Positions 11,921-22,225 of a stretch of DNA of 64,000 bases are shown here, piece by piece. The translations under genes and the position numbers were made by a program. The stretch comes from an uncultured Sphingomonadaceae bacterium. GTDB taxonomy: Bacteria; Pseudomonadota; Alphaproteobacteria; Sphingomonadales; Sphingomonadaceae. The DNA lies in contig CANNFX010000001.1 of assembly GCA_947504025.1 (NCBI GenBank), positions 1,329,302 through 1,393,301 of the forward strand. The letters are read 5' to 3'. Under the pieces are notes generated by a model. That model was not told where the DNA came from and ran no database searches. It worked only from the letters and a program-made list of their open reading frames with translations. Position 1 is the first letter of the stretch. The number at the start of each line of letters is the position of its first letter.

Positions 11921-12651
11921 GCTGGCCTCCAGCCCATCAACCGCTTGGCTTTGCCATTCGCGATACGGCGATTTTCGGCATAGAAACTGCGCGCCATAGG
12001 CGAAAGGTTAGTTTCCTCCAACGTAAGCATGGGCGGCATTTCAACGCCCAGTAGACGGCATGCTTCCTCAATCACTGCGTTCTGACTGGCGGGCAAATCG
12101 TCGGACAGGTTGTAAGCCCCTGCAGGCGCTTTCAGCCCGGCGATCACTCCGCTAATAATGTCATCCACATGTACCCGGCTAAACACCTGTTCCGGCAAAT
12201 TGATCCGGTTAGCGCGGCCATCCTGAACTCTCTCAAAGGCGCTGCGTCCAGGTCCATATATTCCAGGTAGGCGGAATACCCTCGCGCCTTGTTTCAGCCA
12301 TTGTGCATCGGCATCAGCGCGGGCTGTCCGACGGCCCGTGCCTGTTGGTGAAGTCTCGTCTACCCAAGCCCCGCCAGAATCGCCGTAAACGCCTGTGGAA
12401 CTCAAATAGCCGAGCCACTTCCCGCCGAGATCGGCACGGTATCTATCCAACACCGGATCGCTGCCACCGCTGGGCGGAACGGATGAGAGAACGTGATTTG
12501 CCTTGCCAAGTCCCTCGCGAACCGCCGCCTCGTCGGCGAAATCTACATTGCCCGCGCTGCCGGTCGCATCGACGCTCCAGCCCCGCGCATTCAGCGTTTG
12601 CGCGATCCGTCCGGCGGTATAGCCGAGGCCAAAGATGAACATATGCGCCAT
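11821..12651 (-). CDS. NAD(P)-binding SDR/epimerase-family protein
   Basis: Start placed at MAHMFIFGLGYTAGRIA, a Rossmann GxGxxG-like N-terminus. The longer ORF start would overlap the divergent pepN. The 3' end overlaps the convergent EamA gene by 100 nt. Confidence 0.7.
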   Translation of the reverse strand: MAHMFIFGLGYTAGRIAQTLNARGWSVDATGSAGNVDFADEAAVREGLGKANHVLSSVPPSGGSDPVLDRYRADLGGKWLGYLSSTGVYGDSGGAWVDETSPTGTGRRTARADADAQWLKQGARVFRLPGIYGPGRSAFERVQDGRANRINLPEQVFSRVHVDDIISGVIAGLKAPAGAYNLSDDLPASQNAVIEEACRLLGVEMPPMLTLEETNLSPMARSFYAENRRIANGKAKRLMGWRPAYPDFATGLRALKAMTIPESARAEPNAAKGDQT

Positions 12652-12703
12652 CACTGCGTTGTAACCTCTAGACGGCTCGCGCAAAGGACCTAAATCACTC
12701 GTC

Positions 12704-15337
12704 ATGGATATTTCAACAAACCCCGAGATGGCTGACACCGCCGCCGTGCCGCATCAGTCGGAAGAGATCTTCCGCAAGGATTACAAGCCCCCCGCCTGGT
12801 TGATCCCCGAAGTGTCGCTCGACTTTGCGCTGGGCGATACAAGCACCACGGTAACCTCAGTGCTGACAGTTTCGCGCAATCCGGCGGCAGAAGCTGATCC
12901 AAATTTGCGTCTCAATGGGGATGGTTTGGAGGCTGTGTCCGTTATGATCGACGGTGTAGCTGCTACCAGTTGGGCGATGGACGGCAGCGATCTGTTGATC
13001 AGCTTGCCTGGTGAAAATCACGAGATCACCATTGTGACGCAGATCAACCCTTCCGAAAACACACAGTTAATGGGTCTGTTCGCTTCTGGCGGAATGCTCT
13101 GCACGCAGTGCGAGGCGGAGGGTTTCCGCCGAATCACATTCTTCCCTGACCGGCCCGACGTACTGTCGGTCTACACCGTCCGTATGGCCGGTCCGAAAGC
13201 GAAGTTTCCCATCCTTCTGGCCAATGGCAACAACACTGCCCACGGTAAAAATGACGACGGAACACATTGGGCGGAATGGCATGATCCATGGCCCAAGCCG
13301 TCCTACCTTTTTGCATTGGTAGCAGGTGATCTGGTTGCCAATTCGGACAGTTTCACAACGATGAATGGCCGTGAGGTCGAGCTGAATATCTGGGTGCGTC
13401 AAGGGGATGAAGGCCGAACGCAACATGCGATGGACTCGCTCAAACGTTCGATGAAATGGGATGAAGAAACCTTTGGCCGCGAATATGATCTCGACCTGTT
13501 CAACATAGTCGCGGTCAGCGATTTCAATATGGGCGCGATGGAAAACAAAGGCCTCAATATCTTCAACACGAAGTATATTCTCGCCGATCCCGACACTGCG
13601 ACCGACGCTGACTTCGACGGTGTCGAGGGCGTGGTGGCGCATGAGTATTTCCACAATTGGTCGGGTAACCGTGTTACCTGCCGCGACTGGTTCCAGCTCA
13701 GCCTGAAGGAAGGCTTCACCGTGCTGCGCGACCAGCTATTCAGTCAAGATATGGGCAGTGAGCCGGTCAAACGGATCGAGGATGTCCGGATATTGCGGTT
13801 GGCACAATTCCCTGAAGATAGCGGTCCGCTTGCCCACCCGATCCGGCCCGATAGCTTCCGCGAAATCTCGAATTTCTACACGTCAACGATCTACAACAAA
13901 GGCGCTGAAGTGATCCGCATGATGCGGACAATTGCTGGCGAGGAAGCTTTTCGCAAAGGTTGCGATCTCTATTTTGACCGGCATGACGGCGAGGCTGCGA
14001 CCTGCGAAGATTTTGTCAGCGCGATCGAGGATGGCTCGGGCCTCGATTTAACCCAATTCCGCCGCTGGTACAGTCAGGCAGGAACACCGAAAGTTTCCAT
14101 CCGGCTCGACCATTCAGGACAGACAGCGGTGCTGCATCTGAAGCAGGAGGTGCCGGCGACACCGGGTCAGACTGACAAGCTGCCTATGCCAATCCCGTTC
14201 AAGATTGCTTTGTTCGATAGGGATTCTGGCAAACATTATGGTGAGCAATTGATCACTCTCGTCGAGGCTGAAACGAGCTTAAAGTTTGACGGTTTCACCA
14301 AGCCGCCAGTTCTGTCGATTAATCGCGGCTTCTCTGCGCCGATTTCGGTTGAGCGCGAAATGGCAAATGAAGATCTGGTGTTCTTGGCGGCGCGCGATGA
14401 TGATCCTTTCGCCCGTTATGAAGCGATGCAAGATCTGGTCGTCGGCTATCTGGTCGCGGTTTCCGGTGGCAAGCTGTCCGATGCTGACCGGTCGTCTGGC
14501 CAGACCTCTATAGGTGAAGCCTTCGGTGCCATTCTGTCGGACCAAGCGCTCGACGATGAGATGCGCGGCGAGTTGATGATCTTGCCCAGCCAGACCTATA
14601 TCGCTGAACAGTCGATCCCCGCCGATCCGGCCGCGATCCACAGTGAGCGTGAAGGGCTGAAGGCATGGCTTGGCGGAAAATTCTCGGATGAGATTTTGGC
14701 CATGCATAAACGTGCAAGCGCAGTTCCTTACAGCATGCAGCCCGAAGCTCGCGGTGCGCGCAAGCTGAAGACCCAGGCGCTAGCCTATCTCTCAGCCGCT
14801 GATCCGGCGCGGGCTGCTGCCATGGCCAAAAAGCAGTTTGATGAAGCGGACAATATGACTGACCGGCAAGGTGCACTCATGGTGCTTTGCGGGCTGGACC
14901 AGCCGCAACGCGAGGAAGCACTCGCTGCATTCCATAAGCGGTATGACGGCAATGCGTTGGCGATTGATAAGTGGTTTGCGCTGCAAGCTTCGTCGCTCCA
15001 CCCCGGCGCATTGCAGCATGTGAAGGCGCTGGCGCAGCATCCCGACTTCACGATGACTAACCCCAACCGCGTGCGTTCGCTCTATATGGCATTTGCTGGT
15101 AATCCGCAGGGCTATCACGCGGCTGATGGTGCTGGTTATGAACTGATTGGCGATGTCATTCTGGCGCTTGATCCAATTAACGCACAGACAGCAGCGCGCT
15201 TCGTCCCGGCGCTTGGCAAGTGGCGTAAGTTTGAACCCAAGCGCTCGGCGATGATGAAGGCGCAGCTTGAGCGAATCATGAAGGCGGACAAGTTGTCGCG
15301 TGACACACTTGAGCAAGTGACTCGCAGCCTTGGCTGA
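12704..15337 (+). CDS. pepN: aminopeptidase N
   Basis: 877 aa with GAMENKGLNIF and the zinc motif HEYFHNWSGNRVT...LKEG of M1 peptidases. Confidence 0.93.
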   Translation: MDISTNPEMADTAAVPHQSEEIFRKDYKPPAWLIPEVSLDFALGDTSTTVTSVLTVSRNPAAEADPNLRLNGDGLEAVSVMIDGVAATSWAMDGSDLLISLPGENHEITIVTQINPSENTQLMGLFASGGMLCTQCEAEGFRRITFFPDRPDVLSVYTVRMAGPKAKFPILLANGNNTAHGKNDDGTHWAEWHDPWPKPSYLFALVAGDLVANSDSFTTMNGREVELNIWVRQGDEGRTQHAMDSLKRSMKWDEETFGREYDLDLFNIVAVSDFNMGAMENKGLNIFNTKYILADPDTATDADFDGVEGVVAHEYFHNWSGNRVTCRDWFQLSLKEGFTVLRDQLFSQDMGSEPVKRIEDVRILRLAQFPEDSGPLAHPIRPDSFREISNFYTSTIYNKGAEVIRMMRTIAGEEAFRKGCDLYFDRHDGEAATCEDFVSAIEDGSGLDLTQFRRWYSQAGTPKVSIRLDHSGQTAVLHLKQEVPATPGQTDKLPMPIPFKIALFDRDSGKHYGEQLITLVEAETSLKFDGFTKPPVLSINRGFSAPISVEREMANEDLVFLAARDDDPFARYEAMQDLVVGYLVAVSGGKLSDADRSSGQTSIGEAFGAILSDQALDDEMRGELMILPSQTYIAEQSIPADPAAIHSEREGLKAWLGGKFSDEILAMHKRASAVPYSMQPEARGARKLKTQALAYLSAADPARAAAMAKKQFDEADNMTDRQGALMVLCGLDQPQREEALAAFHKRYDGNALAIDKWFALQASSLHPGALQHVKALAQHPDFTMTNPNRVRSLYMAFAGNPQGYHAADGAGYELIGDVILALDPINAQTAARFVPALGKWRKFEPKRSAMMKAQLERIMKADKLSRDTLEQVTRSLG

Positions 15338-16088
15338 GATTGAAGTTATTCGCTCATCGCTGCTTGAAGGCGTCCAGCACGGATTCTTCGGGCGGCGAGG
15401 CGGTGTTTCGACCGGCGATGTCGCGGGTTTGAATGCTGGCCTCGGCGCAGGCGATGATCCCGCAGCGGTTCTGAGCAATAGGGATTTGGTGATCTCCAAT
15501 GTGATGCCCGGAGCGCCTTTGGTGACGCCCTATCAAGTGCATTCCCCCGACGTTGCTGTGGTAACCGAGCCATGGGCTTTTGATGAGCGACCCCAAGTTG
15601 ATGCCGCCGTGACTGATCAACCCGGACTGCTGCTAGGTATTGTGACTGCCGACTGCGCGCCGGTGTTGTTGGCGGACCGAGAAGCCGGGGTTGTGGGCGC
15701 TGCGCATGCCGGCTGGAAGGGCGCACATGGCGGGGTCGTGGAAAACACCGTCGCTGCGATGGAGGTATTGGGTGCCGGCCGCGGCCGAATCACTGCTGCG
15801 ATCGGCCCCTGTATTGCACAGGATAGCTACGAGGTTGATGACGGCTTTCGAACCAGGTTTGCAAGCGAAGATGGAAGGTTTTTCAGAAAGGGTCAGCCCG
15901 GTCATTGGCAGTTCGACCTCGAGGGTTACGTAACGTCACGGCTCATTGCTGCGGGGGTTGCCCGAATCGACCCGTTGGGGCTCGATACATATGCGGATCC
16001 TACCCGCTTCTATTCTTATCGCCGGGCAACACACCGCGCAGAACCCACCTATGGACGCCAAATCGCGGTTATTGGCTTGGGCGCTTAG
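15330..16088 (+). CDS. pgeF: peptidoglycan editing factor PgeF (YfiH/DUF152 laccase-domain family)
   Basis: 252 aa with HGFFGRRGGVS, QVHS, TADCAPVLL and HAGWKG motifs. TTG start overlaps the pepN end by 8 nt. Confidence 0.85.
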   Translation: MAEIEVIRSSLLEGVQHGFFGRRGGVSTGDVAGLNAGLGAGDDPAAVLSNRDLVISNVMPGAPLVTPYQVHSPDVAVVTEPWAFDERPQVDAAVTDQPGLLLGIVTADCAPVLLADREAGVVGAAHAGWKGAHGGVVENTVAAMEVLGAGRGRITAAIGPCIAQDSYEVDDGFRTRFASEDGRFFRKGQPGHWQFDLEGYVTSRLIAAGVARIDPLGLDTYADPTRFYSYRRATHRAEPTYGRQIAVIGLGA

Positions 16089-16301
16089 TTGCACCAAACA
16101 CAACTACGATTGCTAATACATCCGAAAAACACGGTTGGCAGCTTGCAGTTTTGTGACTAGTAGCGCCCTCAAACCGGCTATGTTTATGCAGGGGCTTATT
16201 GGCCGCTTGCATCGGCCGCGAACGGGGCAGTTCCTAATCGCGAAGCTGGACGATTTTCTAACCGCACTGCTTTTTGGGCAGCGCGCTTGAAGGCAGGGCT
16301 G

Positions 16302-16880
16302 ATGGCAGAAACGACCTCCACTGCAGGCACCGACACAACCGTTGTTACAGACGGTGAAGACGGTGTTCGGCGGCGCGATTTTATTAATATTGCGGCGGTT
16401 TCCGCTGCCGGTGTTGGCGGCGTAGCCACTCTGATACCGCTGGTTAGCCAGATGTCTCCGTCGGCAGACGTGCTTGCCGAAAGCAGCACCGAACTTGATG
16501 TCGGTGCAATCGAACCGGGCCAAGCTGTGAAAGCCGTTTTCCGCAAACAGCCGCTGTTCGTTCGCAGGCTTACGGCTAAGGAAGTCGAAGAAGCAAACGC
16601 TACTGATGCCAGCTCGCTCCGCGATCCGCAGACGTTGGCAGAACGCACCAAAGAAGGGCATGGCGACGTGCTTATCACTATGGGCGTCTGCACCCATCTC
16701 GGTTGCGTGCCATTGGGTGCTGCTGAAGGCGAAATTAAGGGCGAGTTTGGCGGATATTTCTGCCCTTGCCATGGTTCGCATTACGACACGGCCGGACGCA
16801 TTCGCAAAGGCCCGGCACCGACTAACCTCGAAGTGCCTGAGTATGAATTCACCTCCGACACTGTCGTGCAGGTAGGCTGA
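16302..16880 (+). CDS. petA: ubiquinol-cytochrome c reductase Rieske iron-sulfur subunit
   Basis: Rieske boxes CTHLGC and CPCHGSHYD, plus a Tat-like RRRDFI N-terminus. ATG 16302 is preceded by GAAGGCAGGG; the ORF-track start at 16287 is possible. Confidence 0.92.
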   Translation: MAETTSTAGTDTTVVTDGEDGVRRRDFINIAAVSAAGVGGVATLIPLVSQMSPSADVLAESSTELDVGAIEPGQAVKAVFRKQPLFVRRLTAKEVEEANATDASSLRDPQTLAERTKEGHGDVLITMGVCTHLGCVPLGAAEGEIKGEFGGYFCPCHGSHYDTAGRIRKGPAPTNLEVPEYEFTSDTVVQVG

Positions 16881-16896
16881 GGAAAGAGACCAGATT

Positions 16897-18189
16897 ATGA
16901 GCTTCCCCTGGGCCCAACAATATACGCCAACCAATGGCTTGATGCGCTATTTCGACGAAAAGCTGCCTTTGCCGCGGCTCGTTTATAACGCTGTCGGTGC
17001 CGGATATCCGGTTCCGCGCAACCTTAATTATCTGTGGAATTTCGGTGTACTCGCTGGATTCTGCCTAGTGATTCAGATTGTCACTGGCATCATACTCGCG
17101 ATGCATTATGCTGCGAATGCCGAAGTTGCATTTGCCACTACCGAACATATTATGCGCAACGTAAACTACGGCTGGCTGATGCGTTATGCGCATGCCAACG
17201 GCGCTAGCTTCTTCTTCGCGGTAATTTACCTGCATATTTTCAGGGGCTTCTACTATAGCTCCTACAAGGCGCCGCGCGAGATGATCTGGCTTCTAGGCGT
17301 CGTGATTTTCCTCCTGCTGATGGCGACTGGCTTCTTGGGTTATGTGCTTCCTTGGGGCCAAATGAGCTTCTGGGGTGCGAAGGTTATTACCGGTCTGTTC
17401 GGTGCCATTCCGATTGTAGGTGAGCCGCTTCAGGTCTGGTTGCTAGGCGGTTTTGCTCCGGATAATGCCGCGTTGAACCGCTTCTTCAGCTTGCATTTCC
17501 TGCTGCCCTTTGTGACCGCTGGTGTCATTATCCTGCATATTTGGGCGCTGCATATCCCAGGCTCCTCGAACCCCACGGGTGTCGAGATCAAGACGGAAAG
17601 CGATACCGTACCGTTCCACCCGTATTATACGGCGAAAGACGGCTTCGGCCTCGGCGTCTTCTTGCTGATTTATTTTGCGATGGTCTTCTTCCTGCCGAAC
17701 TACCTCGGCCATCCGGACAATTATATCGAAGCTAACCCGCTTTCGACGCCGGCGCATATTGTGCCCGAATGGTATTTCTGGCCATTCTACGCGATCCTGC
17801 GCGCCTTCACTGCAGATTTCTTCTTCATTCCGGCTAAGCTGATGGGCGTGCTCGCAATGTTCAGTGCGATCCTGATCTGGTTCATCCTGCCGTGGTTGGA
17901 TAAATCGCCTGTTCGTTCGGGCAACTATCGCCCGCTTTTCCGGATTTTCTTCTGGATACTGATGTTTGACATGGCTGTTCTGTTCTACCTTGGCGGCGCG
18001 CCTGCGGAAGAACCCTTTGTGATGTTCAGCCAGCTTGCGACAGCCTATTACTTCCTTCACTTCCTGGTGATTATCCCGATCGTGTCGATGGTGGAGAAGC
18101 CTAAACCGCTTCCCTATTCGATCACCGAAGCGGTGCTGGGTTCCGACAAAGAAGCGGTGCTGGGCGAAAATGCCAGCGTCGCGAAATAA
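16897..18189 (+). CDS. petB: cytochrome b
   Basis: 430 aa, polytopic, with conserved heme-ligand histidines in the RYAHANGAS and LHFLLPF contexts, and PEWYF. Confidence 0.95.
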   Translation: MSFPWAQQYTPTNGLMRYFDEKLPLPRLVYNAVGAGYPVPRNLNYLWNFGVLAGFCLVIQIVTGIILAMHYAANAEVAFATTEHIMRNVNYGWLMRYAHANGASFFFAVIYLHIFRGFYYSSYKAPREMIWLLGVVIFLLLMATGFLGYVLPWGQMSFWGAKVITGLFGAIPIVGEPLQVWLLGGFAPDNAALNRFFSLHFLLPFVTAGVIILHIWALHIPGSSNPTGVEIKTESDTVPFHPYYTAKDGFGLGVFLLIYFAMVFFLPNYLGHPDNYIEANPLSTPAHIVPEWYFWPFYAILRAFTADFFFIPAKLMGVLAMFSAILIWFILPWLDKSPVRSGNYRPLFRIFFWILMFDMAVLFYLGGAPAEEPFVMFSQLATAYYFLHFLVIIPIVSMVEKPKPLPYSITEAVLGSDKEAVLGENASVAK

Positions 18190-18213
18190 GAGCAGCGAAA
18201 GAGAGCTTCTGAC

Positions 18214-19083
18214 ATGATCCGTCTTTTCGCAATCGCCGGTGGGCTGTTTTTCGCAGTCGCTGCACTTTGGTCCTTCGTGACCGGAGCCTATGTCGCTGCC
18301 ACCGAAGGTCTCGGTGAAGAAACAGCCGAGCATGCTTTCCACGAGCACCCCAAGAAACTGCATCTCGCCAGCGATGGTGTGTTCGGCAAATGGGATTTGA
18401 ATCAGCTGCAACGCGGTTATCAGGTTTACAAGGAAGTCTGCTCAGCTTGTCACTCGATGAAGTTTGTTGCGCTCCGCAATCTGTCTGATCTTGGTTACAA
18501 TGAAGACGAAGTGAAGGCCGAGGCTGCCAATTGGCAGGTCCCGGGCATTGATCCGAACACCGGCGAGGCGACTACACGTCCCGGCCTTCCGATCGATTAC
18601 TTCCCGTCACCATATCCAAATAATGTGGCTGCTGCTGCGGCTAACAACAATGCGATCCCGCCTGATCTTTCGCTGATCACCAAGGCGCGTCACAATGGTT
18701 CTGCTTACGTTTATTCGCTGCTGACCGGCTATCAGGCTCAACCTGCTGCCCTGCTCGAGGAATTCCCGGATTCAAAGACACCCGACGGGCTGCACTACAA
18801 TCCGTACTTCCCGAACCTCAATCTGGCGATGGCGCCTCCGCTGAACGCCGATCAGGTTACCTATGCAGATGGTACCGAGGCAACTGTCGATCAGATGGCA
18901 CAGGACGTTTCGGCGTTTCTGACATGGACCGCCGAACCAACTATGGTGGAGCGCAAACGGACTGGTTGGCCAGTGCTAGGCTTCCTGCTGTTCGCGACGA
19001 TCCTTGCCTTCTTCGCCAAGAAGCAGGTCTGGGCTGCGGTAAAACCAAAGCCTGCTGTGACGCCTGCCAAGCGTAAGGACTAA
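18214..19083 (+). CDS. petC: cytochrome c1
   Basis: 289 aa with a signal/anchor segment, heme-binding CSACHS, and a C-terminal TM anchor (WPVLGFLLFATILAFF). Confidence 0.9.
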   Translation: MIRLFAIAGGLFFAVAALWSFVTGAYVAATEGLGEETAEHAFHEHPKKLHLASDGVFGKWDLNQLQRGYQVYKEVCSACHSMKFVALRNLSDLGYNEDEVKAEAANWQVPGIDPNTGEATTRPGLPIDYFPSPYPNNVAAAAANNNAIPPDLSLITKARHNGSAYVYSLLTGYQAQPAALLEEFPDSKTPDGLHYNPYFPNLNLAMAPPLNADQVTYADGTEATVDQMAQDVSAFLTWTAEPTMVERKRTGWPVLGFLLFATILAFFAKKQVWAAVKPKPAVTPAKRKD

Positions 19084-19139
19084 GGCACATTAACTCCTCA
19101 CAAGCTGACCGCCTTTCGACGGGCCAGCTTAAGGAGCTC

Positions 19140-19649
19140 GTGAGGACAGTGCCGGATTTTCCGGAACCTGGAATACAGTTTCGTGATATCACAACGTTGA
19201 TCGGCCATGGTCACGGGTTCGCGTCCTGTGTGGCCCATCTTGCCGAACGCACCAACGAAGCAGGCGCCGACGTGATCGCTGGTATGGAAGCGCGAGGCTT
19301 TATCTTCGGAGCTGCTGTGGCGGCCTATATGGGCAAGGGGTTCATTCCGATCCGCAAACCCGGCAAGCTGCCTGTTCAAACTATCGGCGTCGATTATGCG
19401 TTGGAATATGGCACTGACCGGTTGGAAATTGATCCGGCGGCCATTCGTATGGGCGCCAAGGTTATCATCATCGACGATCTAATTGCTACTGGCGGTACGG
19501 CGCTCGCATCTGCCGAGCTGTTGCGGCAGGCCGGGGCTCATGTGGAACACGCCTTGTTCGTGATCGATCTTCCTGACCTTGGTGGCGCGAACCGCTTGCG
19601 TGAAGACGGGCTTTCGGTTGACGCTTTGATGGACTTTGAAGGCGATTGA
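19140..19649 (+). CDS. apt: adenine phosphoribosyltransferase
   Basis: 169 aa with PDFPEPGIQFRDIT and the PRPP motif VIIIDDLIATGGT. GTG start with AAGGAG only 3 nt upstream. The frame stays open and Apt-like further upstream without a canonical start (see findings). Confidence 0.88.
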   Translation: MRTVPDFPEPGIQFRDITTLIGHGHGFASCVAHLAERTNEAGADVIAGMEARGFIFGAAVAAYMGKGFIPIRKPGKLPVQTIGVDYALEYGTDRLEIDPAAIRMGAKVIIIDDLIATGGTALASAELLRQAGAHVEHALFVIDLPDLGGANRLREDGLSVDALMDFEGD

Positions 19650-19774
19650 AACTCCTCGCCAATTCTCTGTACACCGTGTAGCCTGAGCAGGCTGAAGGGA
19701 CGCAGCGGAAACTACTGCTCCATTCGATCATTGGGATAGTGTGACGCGATCGTGCGTACACCGCCTGGAGGGGC

Positions 19775-21634
19775 ATGGAAGAACAAGCTCTCGTTATTGC
19801 TTTCGTTGGTCTGCTGGGCATTGGTGCCCAGTGGGTTGCTTGGCGCACGGGTTGGCCAGCGATTGTACTCATGCTGGCTGCCGGCTTCCTCGCAGGCCCG
19901 GTCTTTGGTCTGATAGATCCCGAACATGCATTTGGTGATATGCTTGAGCCGATGGTTGCCATCGGTGTGGCGCTTATCCTGTTTGAAGGCGGCCTGAGCC
20001 TCGACCTTCGAGAGTTAAGACACGCCGGTAGCGGGGTGCTGCGCCTGGCCACAATTGGCGTCTTGCTGGGCTGGGCGTTCGGTACTGCTGCGCTTTACTA
20101 CATCGCTTATGTTGAGTTTGAAGTTGCAGTCCTGTTTGGCGGGATATTGATCGTTACAGGGCCGACGGTGGTTTTGCCTTTGCTACGCCAGTCGTCGGTG
20201 AAAACGCGGCCGGCAGCGATTCTGAAATGGGAAGCCATCGTCAACGATCCAACGGGGGCGATATGCGCCGTCATTGCTTACGAATATTTTCGCAAGTTAG
20301 CCGAAAATCCCGGTGCATCGGTATTTGAAGTTGTGCCGCCGATGATTTTTGCGGCAATAATTGCGGGACTCATCGGTTACGCAGCAGCGAAGTTTATTGC
20401 ATGGTCGTTCCCGCGTGGCGCGGTGCCTGAATATCTCAAAGTGCCGGTGCTTCTCACCATGGTGATCGGTGTGTTTGTCGTGTCCAATTTGATCGAGCAT
20501 GAAGCTGGATTAGTCGCCGTGACAGTTATGGGTGTGGCGCTTGCCAATATGAATGTGTCGAGCCTGCGCAGCATTCATCCGTTCAAGCAAAATATCGCGG
20601 TGCTGCTGGTTTCAGGCATATTCATATTACTCTCCTCTTCGCTGAAAGTGGAAGAGCTCGCCTATCTCAACTGGCGTTTCGGTTTGTTCCTGCTTGCGTT
20701 GCTCTTCGTGGTCAGGCCTGCGACCATTTTGATCAGCCTTCTTGGCAGTTCGGTGCCGTGGAACGAACGGCTGTTCCTGTCATGGATCGCGCCGCGGGGT
20801 ATCGTGTTGGTGGCTATTTCCGGTCTGTTCGCGCTGCGCCTGTCGGAACTTGGATATGCCGACGGCAATGCGCTGATCGCGCTCAGCTTCGCTGTCGTCG
20901 TTGCTACCATCATTGCACATGGCTTTACTGTCGACATTGTTGCGAAGTGGCTTGGGGTGAAGGGGGATACGCGGCCCGGTTTGCTGGTTGTGGGAAGCAC
21001 GCCATGGGCTATCGCGCTTGCCCAGCAGATGCATGAGCTGAAGACACCAGTTACGGTGGTTGATGCCAGCTGGCAGCGTCTCAGCGAGGCACGGAAGCGG
21101 GGTATTCCAACCTATCATGGTGAAATCCTGAATGAGGCGACCGAGCACAACCTCGATCTGACACCGTTTCAGGTGCTCGTCGCAGCGACCGAGAACGAGG
21201 CCTATAACGCCTTGGTTTGCAACGAGTTTGCCCATGAGATCGGTCGCGATTCGGTCTACCAACTGGGTGAGGCGAGTGATGCTGATGACAAGAACGCCAT
21301 CCCGCATTCATTGAGGGGCCGAGCGTTGTTCGAATCCGGTTTCGGTGTGAGCGACGTTAATGAACGGCAGGCCGAAGGCTGGATCTTCCGCAAGACTAAG
21401 CTTTCGGATGAATTCAAATTCGCCGATGCCCAAGAAAAGCTACCTGATTCGGCGCATATGCTTCTGATTTTGCGTGCCAGCGGGACTATGCGTTTCTTCA
21501 CCCATGCCGTGCGCCCTGAACCACGCGCTGGTGACATGATAATTTCCTTCTCGCCCCCGCACAGCAAAACCCCAGAAGAAGTTGCGGCGAAACGAGCGGC
21601 TAAAAAAGGCGGCGTTAGCGAGCAACCCGCATGA
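19775..21634 (+). CDS. cation:proton antiporter (CPA1-type membrane domain with a C-terminal TrkA/RCK-like domain)
   Basis: 619 aa. About 12 TM segments are followed by a soluble Rossmann-like region (LLVVGSTPWAIALAQQM...). Confidence 0.85.
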   Translation: MEEQALVIAFVGLLGIGAQWVAWRTGWPAIVLMLAAGFLAGPVFGLIDPEHAFGDMLEPMVAIGVALILFEGGLSLDLRELRHAGSGVLRLATIGVLLGWAFGTAALYYIAYVEFEVAVLFGGILIVTGPTVVLPLLRQSSVKTRPAAILKWEAIVNDPTGAICAVIAYEYFRKLAENPGASVFEVVPPMIFAAIIAGLIGYAAAKFIAWSFPRGAVPEYLKVPVLLTMVIGVFVVSNLIEHEAGLVAVTVMGVALANMNVSSLRSIHPFKQNIAVLLVSGIFILLSSSLKVEELAYLNWRFGLFLLALLFVVRPATILISLLGSSVPWNERLFLSWIAPRGIVLVAISGLFALRLSELGYADGNALIALSFAVVVATIIAHGFTVDIVAKWLGVKGDTRPGLLVVGSTPWAIALAQQMHELKTPVTVVDASWQRLSEARKRGIPTYHGEILNEATEHNLDLTPFQVLVAATENEAYNALVCNEFAHEIGRDSVYQLGEASDADDKNAIPHSLRGRALFESGFGVSDVNERQAEGWIFRKTKLSDEFKFADAQEKLPDSAHMLLILRASGTMRFFTHAVRPEPRAGDMIISFSPPHSKTPEEVAAKRAAKKGGVSEQPA

Positions 21635-21648
21635 TCACAGGAGTGTCC

Positions 21649-22224
21649 ATGAAATACCCTATTGTCTGCGCGGCTGCTCTCAGCCTTTCGCTGATTGGTT
21701 GTGACCGCGCGCCACGCGACCCCGATCCAGAGCCGATCGAGACAGGTAATGAAGGGCCAGAAGCAGAGCCAACAGCATCGATCTTCAGCCCTGAGGCTGA
21801 GTTACCGGCGGCGGTTGAGCTTGAGGATCTTACGCAAACCATCTCCTTCCCAGAAGGTGGGAGCGACTTTGATTCAGAAGCGTTAGTGGCGATTGAGACA
21901 ATTCTGGATTCTCCGCAAATCGGACATGGCCAGGCGATAATTCTTCGCGGGCACAGCGATGCCGATGGCACCGATGCTGCAAATCTACGTGCATCCCAGA
22001 GGCGGGCAGAAGCAGTGCGCGATATGCTGGTCAGCAAGGGTGTTGCAGAAGGCCGGATTAGGCTGATTGCATTTGGTGAGCAGAACCCAATTGCTCCCAA
22101 CGCGCTTCCCGATGGCAGTCCGAATGCGGAAGGCCGTGCACAAAATCGCCGCGTTGATGTGACCGTTCAGGTCAAAGCCAGCACACAATCGTCGCAACCG
22201 GCGCCTGACGTTTCAGCCGATTGA
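21649..22224 (+). CDS. OmpA-family lipoprotein
   Basis: Lipobox LSLIGC after MKYPIVCAAAL. The C-terminal OmpA-like domain shows LRGHSDADGTDAANLRASQRRAEAV. ATG 21649 is preceded by CAGGAG. Confidence 0.8.
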   Translation: MKYPIVCAAALSLSLIGCDRAPRDPDPEPIETGNEGPEAEPTASIFSPEAELPAAVELEDLTQTISFPEGGSDFDSEALVAIETILDSPQIGHGQAIILRGHSDADGTDAANLRASQRRAEAVRDMLVSKGVAEGRIRLIAFGEQNPIAPNALPDGSPNAEGRAQNRRVDVTVQVKASTQSSQPAPDVSAD

Positions 22225-22225
22225 T

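Noticed and set aside
16136-16147. TGGCAG-C-TTGCA upstream of petA, resembling sigma-54 elements
   Set aside because: The spacing between the GG and GC elements is wrong: 1 nt rather than 5 nt between the hexamer and TTGC. bc1 operons are not known sigma-54 targets.
17443-18411. Long antisense ORFs (322 aa here; also 53222-54085, 10104-10889, 59810-60586, 16113-16934, 46719-47333, 1083-1802)
   Set aside because: All lie fully antisense to genes with unmistakable conserved products (petB/petC, pheS, ltaE, prfC, petA, glpX, ileS). Their translations are Arg/His/Gly-rich with no motifs. Long shadow ORFs are expected at this GC content.
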